Below are positions 35,354 to 47,935 of a stretch of 64,000 nt of DNA, piece after piece (position 1 is the first letter of the stretch; the number at the start of each line of letters is the position of its first letter). The DNA comes from Octopus vulgaris (lineage: Eukaryota): the NCBI GenBank assembly GCA_951406725.2, contig OX597816.1:131192001-131256000 (forward strand), given 5' to 3'. The translations under genes were made by a program, and so were the position numbers. A model generated the notes under the pieces. It did no database searches, was not told the origin of the DNA, and saw only the letters and a list, made by a program, of their open reading frames with translations.

Positions 35354-38300
35354 ATTATGATGATGGTCTATCAATGTATACAGTGAGTTTCTTTGCCCTA
35401 GGTGTTGGGAAGACAGCAAGAAATGGAAACAAAATTGAAGGAAGAAGAAAAACTCATAATAATAACTGTTAATTAGGTACAAAGCTTTGAATTTGGCATT
35501 AAAATAATGGTTAGACCCCCTTATTTGATTGGTATATTATTTTATCAACCCAAGAAGGATGGAAAGAAAAGTTAACCTTGGCAGTATTTGAAATCAGATA
35601 TGTAAAGAATGAGAACTAATACTGCAAGGCATTTTTTCCAGTGCTCTAATGATTCTACTAATCTAATAAAAATAATGATTTCAAATTTTAGCACAAGGCC
35701 AGCAATGTGGGGGGAGGAGATAAGTTGATTACATTGACCTCAGTGTTCAACTAGTACTTATTTTACCAACCACAAAAGGATGAAAGGCAAATTGATCTTG
35801 CCCTAATTTGAACCCAGGCAAAATGCTGCTAAACATTTTGCCTGGTGTGCTGATGATTCTGCCAGCTTGTTACCTTCAATCCAATTATAATAACAATGAT
35901 TATGTAAGGAAAAAAAAACTTTATATGAAACCTACAACAAAAAAAATTATTACAATGTTAACCTCCTCAATTCTGAAGAATTAGTTTTAAATTACTTTCA
36001 GATAATTGCTTAATTTCTAATTAATTGATACTGACAATGAGTGTGGTTGTGTAACTCAAAGGTTTCATGATTATTAACGCTAGAGTGATAGAGTAGTGTC
36101 ATGGATAAGTTCTTATTGAAAGAAGTCTTATGGAAGACTAGTTGTTTTATCATTTAATGTTAATGCCTCTTAGCTCTGAATTCAATCCTTTAATGTTACA
36201 TTTTCTTTTCAATCCTATAGGTTTGATGAAATATAAACTAAGAAAATAGTGAGGCTAATCAGTCAACTATATCTCACTTATGAATTGGCCTTCTGTTGTG
36301 ACAAAAGAGATTATAATTGTTAAAATTTGGGTAAAGATGACACAAATGGTAGAGATCTAGGCTACATATTTAACTATGGTGCTTTGCAATTTAGAATTCA
36401 ACTTCAGCTAGTACCAGCTTTACCTTTATCCTTCCTGAATTGATTAAACATGCAATGATTGTACTTAAAATATTTGTACAGATAAGCTATTGGAAGTTCA
36501 TAACTAAAAGAATAGGTTCAGCCTTAAATTCTTGATGGTAGCTCTAGTCAAACTAAAGGAATCTTTAACTATGGCCTCGACTGTAGATAGTATTTTGTGG
36601 ATGGATACAGTGTTTCTGAATAAAGCAGTTTTGTAATTTTATTTATTTTCATTGCTTGACAACCATTTATCCATGCTAATATGGATAGGATGACAATTGC
36701 AAATTATACATTTGCACATTGTCAAAGCAGGTTCTAATTACGATAAAGTTGTTAGTAGTTAGCCAAGCAAATAAAGTCATCTGTCATTCTTAGTGTTACA
36801 AGCACAGTATTATAAAAAGATTTCAACTTGTGACCATGCGGTCATTAGTCTAGTATTTTAATCCTGTCTTGAAACTGTGAATTCTTCATAAATACTAATC
36901 TAAAAATAGATGTCAAAATATTACCAAATTCAGCTGGGTTACACTTGTTATTAAGATAGCTTCTGTCTAAAGTGTTATAGTTGAAACTAACATGAAACAT
37001 TTAGATATTTAGTGTATGGGATAAAAATGATTACCTCTCTGTCTTGTCTTTTTACATTTCAATTCTATGTTAAGCTATATATGATTCTAATTGGCCTATT
37101 TAGATATCATATTGTATTTTTTCTGGTTCTTTCTTTTCTTTTTAAATCAAAGTTTCTTATTTTTCCCTGAAGCATATACTAAATTAGAAATTCTTCAAAA
37201 AATATTAACATGGAAAATATTAATACATCTTTCTGAGTTATACTTGCTTGGCAAGTGATTTGATCTGGGTTGTGTTAAAACTGTTACACATTTAAAATTA
37301 TACATAAACACAACATTAACTTCTGCTAGTTCTGTGTCAAAAAGTACGAGCAAAAGCATCAAAATATTTTATCACACACCTACAACATGATCACTGATAC
37401 AATTCTACTGCTTTAAAATAACTAGGAATGTCAAATCAAATAACAATTTCACAAATTTAATAATTGATGAATGCTCCTGCAAGAACCAAATGAAATGTCA
37501 CATATTTTATTTGATACTTGTAATATTAATAATAATAATTATATATATCTGATTCTTCGAGTTAATTGGTATGAAAACAATCTATTCTTAAACTAATGTA
37601 TAAGTATCAACCACTAAGTGGATGGATATCTTATTCAAATCACATTACTCCACAATTATCATAAAATAGATACAGATCTCATTTCTCTCTTTTGCCATAT
37701 AGAACATTAATTCAAACAGATGGCTACCAAAGAACAGAGAATCAAACCAATGTATTATTTATGACGTAGCATTTTCTCTAGCATTTTATATGAATCTCTA
37801 AGAGAGGTGACCTCTTCTCTTTTAAAATCCTTATTGATTTATTCTATACAAAAGGGGACAAAACAATGATAGAGGTCAACTTTAGATTATTGGAAATGTT
37901 ATGCTGAAAGTTTTGTGAAAAAAAAAATGAAGTGCAACACACACATACAGTGAATGTAATCTGTGAAGAATATCTTTTATAAACAAAGTGCAGTTTGTTT
38001 GTGTGCTGTGAGTTGAAAGTAATGTTTGGAACAGGCTCTATGGTGCTACTTAGGCATATATCAGCAGAACATGACATAACTATTGTTTTTTTGTTTGTTT
38101 TTTTGTAGGGTAGGGTGGGTCTCTTCACTCATTATTTAAAGTACTGGTTTAAGACTAGTTTACATGGATATTTTCTGGTTTTGATAGCATTAACTTTTAA
38201 CAATTCTAGTTCATCCTTTGCACATTTGAAATATACAAGGTCAAAAAAAACTTACTAATATCATTTAGAAACTTTGCAAGTTGCAGTCCAAACGTTGCAT

Positions 38301-41300
38301 ATATTTATAAGTTCAAAATACTGTTATTGTGAGTGTAATGACAAGTTTTGCTTATATTTATGATATAGTTATTGATTTTGTTTTGTACATATAAATGGTG
38401 TATAAATATGGCAATGATTCTCTATGAATATTGTGATAGCATTAAGTTCAACAGAAAATAGACAGGTCAGGTGACTAATTAAATGCATAGCATTTATTCA
38501 AAATATTCTGAGAAATATGTAATCTGAACAACGCTCATTATCAACTGTAATAAAAATATTTTCACTATCAAATGTTGTTTACAAGAGAAGACATTAGTTG
38601 TTGATATTGTTTAACTCCTGGTCACCTCTAACTGAACAGAGCTATGATCGAAAGCATTCCAGTAAGGACCATCCTGTCCTGATTTCAGATATATTATCTA
38701 GGACTTTTTTTTTTTTTTTGGTGTGATTTGAGGAATTTTTGGTCACTATTTCTAGCAGACTGAGCTTGAAAAGACATTTGTGTGGTGGACAATGAGTAAA
38801 GAATTACTAAACAGAGTTAATTGAATTATGGAACTAATAGTATAGTGAGTGAAATCTCAATACAGTAACGATAAAGTCTGAACAAACCCATTTGTATTGA
38901 TTTAAGGGAGCTGAGTCAGATTAACTTCTTAAACCTCAATTAAATTTACATCCCTCTCTCTCTCTCTACTTTTTAATTATTTTTTGCATGAATGATCCAT
39001 GTTTATACTTAACTAAACTGACTCTGAATATATCTCTGTATGTGCTAAGTCTGCAAGTGATTATTAAAATGTTATCATGTGAATTCAAATATTTCTTCTA
39101 GTTTTATGTTAATGGTTGGAATACAATTCAATATAGCTTTAGTTCCAATCTTATATATTCAGGGAAATTCTAATTACTTCAGCCAAATGTTTTGACATAT
39201 AGTCAATAATAAAGACACTGGTGAGTCAAAATTTATATTGAGATATGAAATTTAAAAAAAAATATCCAGTTATTTTAATACTTAAAATCTTGCAGGTAAA
39301 AAAAAAAAAATAACAGTGATTTCTCACATACCCACCCATTTTTATATTCCCTTAATGTGAATGTGGTCCTTAGCCAAAGGAAAATTTTGCTATTTTCACT
39401 TTACTGATCAAAATGTCGATCGGATTCACTTGAAATTAGGTTCAAACCAGGTTTCTCTACTCACATGCCTGTTGCCTTATTCACTGTTTTATTCACAAAT
39501 ATTATATAAAAGCAGTTGAATATAATATTTGTTTTGAGTTACTATATTGCTGTAATAATAAGTTATTAGTTAACTATAACAGGTGTCAAAATAATTTCCT
39601 TTCCTGCTTCAATCTTCCTTTACTACAACTACATTATGTATTACATTTAAATAACTTCTTTTAATACAAAATTTAATTGGTTTCAATTACATTTGTTTCA
39701 TACATTTTAAGATTTCCACTTTGGAAAACATGATCATTTCATGCATTCAACTTTATTCTGCTGAGCCAAATCCTTCTTCTCAACATTTGTTTTATATAAG
39801 AAAATATAAACATAAACCCATAGTTGATTGAAATTTATAAGTTTTCTTTTAGTTTCCTCCTTCCAAACTTTTGATGAAATGATTGAATCATTACAAAGGA
39901 ATGAAAAAGAGAGAGTATGTCTGTATGATATGTGCAGTATGTACCTTGCATTTTTTTATTTTCTAAATTATTCTCTTTTTAGTAAAATGAAAAAAAATTT
40001 TTAAATGTTTGTTTTGCTGTTCAGTTTTGTCATGAACCAACACTGATTCAATGTTGTTAAATGGTGTATCAAATAAAACCTCAGGCCTGATTGTTTACTT
40101 CTTCCCCACCCCTACTTTTCTTGATTATATACCGTTTCCTTGTTATCACTATTTTCAGAGCAATTCATCATTTCCACTCGAAATCTTTAATTAACATCCA
40201 ATAGATATTACCAATTTAAACACACTGAAAAAAATACTATACTGTATCGAGTTCAGCTATTTCCCTTTTTTTTTTTAAAATTAATAAATAAAAAATGAAT
40301 ATTCAAACTTTCCACAAATTGCACAATTTTCTTGATACAAACTTCAGTTAGTTTCCAGTGCCATGCTGCATATTCTAAACCTTTAAATGTCTCAGTGAAA
40401 AGTCTCTTCTACACATTGTTATACATACAGAAACTACATTCACCTGTTTTGTTTTATTATAAAGACTTCATTAAATACTACTTTTTAGTTCTCAGAGATA
40501 TGCAGTCGTGCAAATTTCTAATTTGTTGAGATTAATAAATGCCTGTAGAATGCCAGAACACTGTGGTGCTATTGAAAGTCAGTTTACAACAGCCAACTTA
40601 AAATCCAGTGTCATCTGGTGCTACTCTAAGTATATTAAACTGTCTTAATAAAAGGCCTTTTCATCTACCACACATTAACTGTTAACATTTCTATCTTGCT
40701 TGATACATTTCAGTTGTTGATACAACACCAAATAGAGACAGTAATGAAGTACCTTTTTATATTCATTTGTTTGTTTTTCTCAACAGCTGAACTTCTAAAA
40801 TGTTGAACTGATAAGGATGCTACTGTCTTGTCATTTCATTGCAATATGATTTGCTAAACAGAATTTTAAGATCTGAAGTTTTCTTAAACAAATTATTGGA
40901 AAGACTTGTAAAAGAATATCTAAAAAAAATGACAAAAATATTCTTTCTTTAAAAAGAACAAAAAGCTAGTTCTAATTAAAAAGATTAAAAAATTTTTTTA
41001 ACTAATTTATTATTTATTGTTATTTTTCATGCTATTTAAAAAAATCATATTTGTTGATATTTAGTGAGCAAATCTTTAGAGTAAAATACAAAGATTAGAA
41101 TAAGCTTCAAACATCCTAAATGTTTCAAACTGATACATAAGACTATATCTTTTCCCATCATTTACCTCCTTAAACCTGATTTCTTTGGAAGGACAAATAA
41201 ATACTTTTCCAGTCTGCTGATGAATGGAAAAAGCAATACATACAAACTTCCAATTTTCAAAATCCTTATCTCTTGAGAAGACCTTTTTAAGAAGTTTTAT

Positions 41301-42067
41301 TTTGAAGTGTTATGTAAAAATTCATCTCACTTTTCAAAGTAATTTATTTCATGTAGTATTTGTTTTATAATATTCTGTTTTGTATTATATTATTTTGCAT
41401 AAAATCATTTCAAACATTTACCAATTCATTTTATGGAAATTCTAGTGTCAGTGTTTTCCTAGTGAACTTTATGATCCAATTGTGTCAGCTTTATTACAAA
41501 ATATAACCGTCCATCTTCTAAAGAGAGACTCTAAGATTTTCATCTCAAAATTGGACACTCTTAAGGAAATAAATTAAAAGTTTATATTCAGTTACTTAAA
41601 TTATGTTAATTATATTACTTATAATAAAATCTAATAAGAATGTCCTGCAGCTTTAAAAACCTTTGCTCCAGTGAACCTATCTTTTTAATTCTTATAATTA
41701 TGGCAAAATTTGTGTGTATAATTCTGAGCCCCTTTTTGTACTAATATGATCAAAAGTCTACAGGATAAATATTGAGGAATATTTTAAAGAATTTAAGAGT
41801 TTTGTTATATTTCATTTCAAAAATACAAAAGATAATAATCAACTTAAAATTTACTTAAGTATTTAAAAAAATTTTATATCCCTCATAGGGCCCCTCCCCT
41901 GAAACTGATAAACTCCTGTAACCAGGGATGTATTGATATCAAAATCCCTTGATAGTCCTCACCTTCAATAGTTGAGCTGTTGGATTTTCGGTGCAGTTTC
42001 ATAATTCTCGATTAAAAAGGCAGGGATAATACAATCAATGAAAATGTTAAGCTATATATATATATAT

Positions 42068-42233
42068 GGGTGCAGGCATAGCCGTGAGGCAAGTAGCTTG
42101 CTTACCAACCACATGGTTCCGAGTTCAGTCCCACTGCATGGCACCTTGGGCCAGTGTCTTCTACTATAGCCTCGGGCCGACCAAAGCCTTGTGAGTGGAT
42201 TTGGAAGATGGAAACTGAAAGAAGCCTGTTGTG

Positions 42234-42264
<31 letters not shown>

Positions 42265-42490
42265 GTATATATATATATATGTGTGTGTGTGTGTTTGTGT
42301 CTCTGTCCCCCCCCTTCATTGCCTGACAACCAATGTTGTTGTGTTTACGTCCCCGTAACTTAGCAGCTCGACAAAAGAGACTGATAGAATAAGTACTAGG
42401 CTCACAAAGAATAAGTCCTGGGGTCAAGTTGTTCGACTAAAGGCGGTGCTCCAGCCTGGCCGAAGTCAAATGACTGAAACAAATGAAAAA
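42068..42490 (+). mobile_element. Full-length tRNA-derived SINE family 1 with internal microsatellite
   Basis: tRNA-like head, internal (TA)/(TG) tract, 3' domain ...aagtactaggctcacaaagaataagtcctggggtc...ggtgctccagcctggcc...tgactgaaac, A-rich tail. Confidence 0.88.
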
Positions 42491-42505
42491 ATAAAATAAA
42501 AAAAA

Positions 42506-42533
<28 letters not shown>

Positions 42534-42536
<3 letters not shown>

Positions 42537-44015
42537 GCACCATGCTAATAGCTTAAGAGTGAAATTTAGGATTTCTCAGTTTTCTGTGAATTGATTTTGA
42601 TAAAACTTTTCCCAGCTGGTTTGCACACTATGACAACACTTCTTTTTATTTCAGATTCTTCAGTTTTTGGGTGAACCATGCTAATGGCTTTTGAATGAAA
42701 ATAGCCCATGTAGATTTTTTTTTTCCAGAAAATGAAAGGTAATGATACATACTAAGCATACATTGAGTATAGATTTAACAGGAAACCATATTATATTTAT
42801 TGACATAATGAATTATTTAGCCACATGAACACAAAAGAAGAAATGATCCAATTGAGGGACCTCCAAGACTGTGACAGCTAGGGATTTAAGCAATATTTGC
42901 TGCAAGTTATGTGGGAAACGTGGACAAACAAGCAAAGCCATTTTCACACCCTCTGGACTTCCTCATGTACCGGAAACCACCAGAAATCACATCCTCGGGA
43001 CCATGGTTGCCATGGGAGAACCCCTGAAATTGCCTCTTCACAGGAGTTTGAGGCTTCAATGGGCCCAAAAGTACATGAGTTGTGTTCTGTTTACAGACAA
43101 AACTGGAGGCGAGCCTTGATGAACCTGATAGCTGGACAGATAGTTGGATCTATTTTGGAGATGAACATCACCAATGTTTACAATGTTAACAACATGCTGG
43201 AAGAGTCATGTTGTGAGCTGGTATCATTCGGGACAGACTTCAGACTTGTTGGCCCAGTCAGGATGCCTGAAGAGGCTAAAGTGACCACAGCTGTCTACTG
43301 CAATCTCCTGAAAGAGGTCTTAGATCCCTGGCTAGATGACATACTGCTGTCACTTCTAAGAAATCATCTATTCATGCATGACAACGCTCTCTCCCACTCT
43401 ACCAGGATCACCTAAACATCCCTAGGATCTTATGGCATACAAGGAGAAAGGTTGATGGTGTGGCTGCTAGCATCTCCAGATCTCAACCCTATTAAAAATC
43501 TTTGGCCCATCATTAAACAAGATGTTTATGCCAATGGACGCCAATTTACGTCAAAAGATGTCTTATGGGTGACCATCAAAGCTACAGCAGGGGCAGTCCA
43601 ACTTGCTTGCTACTATTAAGGAATTGGCAGATACCATGACTAATATGGTTTTTGAAGTTATCTGTTGAAATGGTGCCAATGTGGCTAAATAATTCATTGT
43701 CAATAAATGTTATAATATTATTATGGTTTTCTATTAAATATATACTCAATGTATGCTTAACATGTATTGTTACCCTTCATTTTCTGAAAAAAAGAATGTC
43801 TAGATGGGCTATGTTCATTCAAAAGCTATTAGCATAGTTCACCCAAAGACTGAAGAATCTGAAATAAAAAAGAAAGCCTGTTACACAGAGTAATGAAAAC
43901 ATAACAATGGTGTTGTCATAGTGTGCCAACCAGCTGGGAAAAGTTTTATCAAAATCGATTCACAGAAAACTGAGAAATCCAAAATTTCGCTCCTAAACTA
44001 TTAGCATTCAGAGTG
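42534..44015 (+). mobile_element. Tc1-like transposon with ~200-bp IR/DR-type TIRs, decayed transposase
   Basis: ~42534-42730 is inverted at ~43780-44015. Internal direct repeats catgctaat(a/g)gctt. RLQWAQKYM...VLFTD, FMHDNA..H, SPDLNPIKNLW. Confidence 0.9.
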
Positions 44016-44978
44016 TATATTCCTTTTAGAGTTGTGTGTGTATATAGTTATATCTGTACAATTAACACTGATAGTATGTGTATTAGAAACTTTAATTTAT
44101 GTGTGTTCAAAATGATAAATGAAACCAATTATTTAACCCACCTGAACTTATTTAGCTGTTTGCGTAATAATTTGTTTTATTATTATTATCAAACAATAAT
44201 GGTAAGTGATCAAAATAAAAGAAGCTAAACAGTTATGTGAAATAGTTTTAGTACAGAGTTCAGTTTAAACCTCTAGCATATCTAGCAATTTTTTTTTTTT
44301 TTTCTCAATTTCTATATTCTACTATTACTACTACTATTATTTTCCAGATTTCATAATTTTTCACTGGTTTAATGCTGCAGCATTTTATATTTGAAACTCA
44401 GAACATCTAAAGTCTTCTGTGTAGCCTACATCAACATACAGAAAAAATGTTTGACTCAGTGGCCATTCAAAACCACACATTCCATATTTGTTTCAACATA
44501 TCAAACTTTATTTTATTTTATTTTTTACTTATATCAATAAACCTCTTTGCCCCAAACCCCACCACACCCTGCTCAATGCTCTGTATGAAGATAATAAATA
44601 TTTTTTAAGATAAAGTATGCATTTAATTCTCCTTTGAATCCAATTAATCAAAAAAAAAAAAGATTTTTTATCATTTTTTAATAGAATCAAAAATTACAAG
44701 TTGTTCTTTGTTTTTATTATGCTTAGACTTGAAGGCAATATTCTTAAAATAAAAATATTTTTTAACAATATATGTCTTGCATTTCCAATAGAAATACTTT
44801 AATGTCTAATGATGCTCATCTCCACTCATTCTTTCTTCCCATATTATGTTGTTATACAATTTCTCTTGCCAATACATATCTTGCATTTTATCTTTAAGCT
44901 TCTTTGTACATAATTTAAAGTATCAACTTAAATTTGCCTCTCTCTGTACATGTGTCTGTGCATACCTGTGTGTATATA

Positions 44979-45141
44979 TTTTGATAACAGTTTGTCTCAG
45001 CTCCATATGATTTAAAATTTTGTGGGCATCTAGGATGAACCTATCTCATTAGAAATCTTCTGATTTTTTTATGAGATAGGTTTTTCTATGCAACCATGAA
45101 ACTTAAAAGTCATATGCTGCTGAGTCAAACTGTTATTAAAA
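44979..45141. repeat. Long imperfect hairpin (~75 bp, 4-nt loop)
   Basis: gataacagtttgtctcagc/gctgagtcaaactgttatt; catatga/tcatatg; aacctatctcat/atgagataggtt; aaatc-ttct-gattt. Confidence 0.75.
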
Positions 45142-45237
45142 ACCATAAAATTTGTACAAAATGTATTGAGTGCCACTTTCTTTCATTTGTTTACTCACTT
45201 GTATGTGTGTGTATGTATGTGTGAGTATGTGTGTATA

Positions 45238-45283
<46 letters not shown>

Positions 45284-46498
45284 TTCCTTCACTCTGATTA
45301 CTAAGAGTTCTGCTACTTAGGTAAGTGTAACTTTTTTAAGAAACAGTTTAAATGGAAAATAAAGCTAAGAACTATAGATATTAAAATCATCAAGCCAGAC
45401 TAATTCTGTTGCAATTTATAAAGACAATAAAATCACCGAGCTTTGTTCCTCCACGTTAGAATAATATATAAAGGAGTTTAGTTTATTAATTTGTCTGGGG
45501 TTAGAATAAGTGTACTGCTCAGACACATTTTTAAAAGTTAAAACTGGCTGAAAATACCACTATACTTAATTCTGAAACACTTCATTAATGATCATAGAAA
45601 ATTTTGGAGTTGTACTTTCAGCTTCACTCATTTCTCTATTGCTAAACATCTTTTTAAAAAAATAATTTTCTTTATAAATGCTGGTAAATACTCATTTACT
45701 TCAACTTCAGATTTTGCCTCCTTAATTTATGATTTTTATCAATTTTCACCATAAAGATCTCTTGTATTTGTTAATTGTAGCAAATTTTTGTTTGTTTATT
45801 TTTTGTTGTTATTTTGTTTTTGTTAAATAGAGACCAGCAATTCTCAGTTGGTTTCAAGCTAAAATAAACGATATGTGGTTAGCAATATTTTTATTCTATT
45901 CCTTTCTTGTGTATTTTATTTTATTTTTTAATTTTCTAGAAATACTACCCAACAATATGAACCCACTAAACATATATCTAAGACACCTTTATAAATAATT
46001 ATCAAATACTGTAAGTGAGCACATCTATTAGTCTGTTCTCACATAATTTGACAGACTGAGCAAATTTTGTTAAGCACAATAGTCTAATTTTACCATTTCA
46101 TTTCATAACTTGTTCAGTATTTGTTATTTCTTTTTCAACATATATAAGCTCATGAGGGACAATGACTGTGGTTGACATATTAAACTACATCTTACTACTT
46201 CAACCATTAAGGAAGTACCCTTCAGTAAGGCATATAATGTTTGGTTCTATTAGTTTACTCCCGTCCCTACTTCATGATTGAGTAGGAAAGGTATCTAGTT
46301 GTAGAAACAACTGTTTGTTACAAATTCATTTTCCTTCTCATGCAACTATGGTAATATATATATATTAAAATTGTAAATTAGGGTGTCTACGAGATACCCT
46401 AATTTATAATTTTAATAATTATTACCTTTGAAGGTTATTTTTTTCATGCTGACCACTTGATAAAATCGTTATTTTATTTTTAATTAACGATCTTATCC

Positions 46499-46530
<32 letters not shown>

Positions 46531-46531
46531 G

Positions 46532-46917
46532 GATATGGAAGCACTCCGTCGGTTACGACGATGAGGGTTCTGGTTGATCCGAATCAACGGAACAGCCTGC
46601 TCGTGAAATTAACGTGTAAGTGGCTGAGCACTCCACAGACACGTGTACCCTTAACGTAGTTCTCGGGGATATTCAGCATGACACAGAGAGTGACAAGGCC
46701 AGCCCTTTGAAATACAGGTACAACAGAAACAGGAAGTAAGAGTGAGAGAAAGTTGTGGTGAAAGAGTACAGCAGGGATCACCACCATCCCCTGCCAAAGC
46801 CTCGTGGAGCTTTAGGTGTTTTCGCTCAATAAACACTCACAACGCCCGGTCTGGGAATCAAAACCGCGATCCTATGACCGCGAGTCCGCTGCCCTAACCA
46901 CTGGGCCATTGCGCCTC

Positions 46918-46920
<3 letters not shown>
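46532..46920 (-). mobile_element. tRNA-derived SINE family 3
   Basis: Minus-strand head GGCGCAATGGCCCAGTGGTTAGGGCAGCGGACTCGCGGTCATAGGATCGCGGTTTTGATTCCCAG (A and B boxes). Inserted in (TA)n. 3' part shared with 61255-61570. Confidence 0.85.
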
Positions 46921-46971
<51 letters not shown>

Positions 46972-47935
46972 TACATACATAATGTTCTTAGAAATTAAAT
47001 TTTTTTCCTCTTAAAATACTGCTGGTGTTAGATGGTAATTTAGTAAAACATTTATCAAGAGTGATAAATTCTTCTTTGATTCTCTTATAAATTCTAACAT
47101 CCATATAATTGCACCATAATATCCTGTTTTGTAAGGCATTACTGAAGGGACCACTTTTTATAACACAATGCTAATCAGTTAATTTTCAAAACTCAGTCTC
47201 AGATTCATAAAATTTCCAAACTGAAGTGGAATATTTCAAAGAACATATCAATAGATACCATCAAAATAATCCAAATTCATCTAACAAGAATATATCTCAG
47301 TTGTTAAAATTACTTACGATTCACTCTTACCAAGACCATTGGTCTTCTTTTTGTCACCATCCCCATACTTATATAACTCCAAGTTTAATCTTGTTTTTAT
47401 ATTTAAGGAGTTTACTTGGTGAGTGCATATAGTAAAAGAAAATTGAAAAAAAAGACTGAAGTCCATAGGAAAAGATAATTTAATCAAATCAAATCCCTCA
47501 GGGAAAAAAACCTGATAATTGAAATGATTAGCATACATTCACAGAGAACAACCATGTGCTGCACAGCTGTGAACAACAAGATAGATTTACAAAGTGAGAG
47601 AAATGGTGGGGGACAACAGTCTGCCAAGGAACAAAGAATGAAAAGTAAGCTATTTCAGATAAAAATTGTCCATGTGAAAGAATACCAACCTCCAATAAAT
47701 GCCAGTGCCAGAGCATAGAGGAACATTTCGTAGTTCTAATAATACTAATATTCTGAGGCTTTTTACAAGATGTTTCTCTCTTCAACAATAATGGATAGGA
47801 TGAAGCTGGTGATTATATCAGATTCAGGCATTAACTTAGACTATTGAAAATTAAAATGGGAGAGAAAACCACAATGACCAAGTTTCTCCTTTGTAGAAGC
47901 TTATTTACATAAAAAAAAATGACTTCTTTCTTTAT

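Noticed and set aside
46840-46920. tRNA gene
   Set aside because: A/B boxes present but no clean acceptor stem, and it continues into a SINE body.
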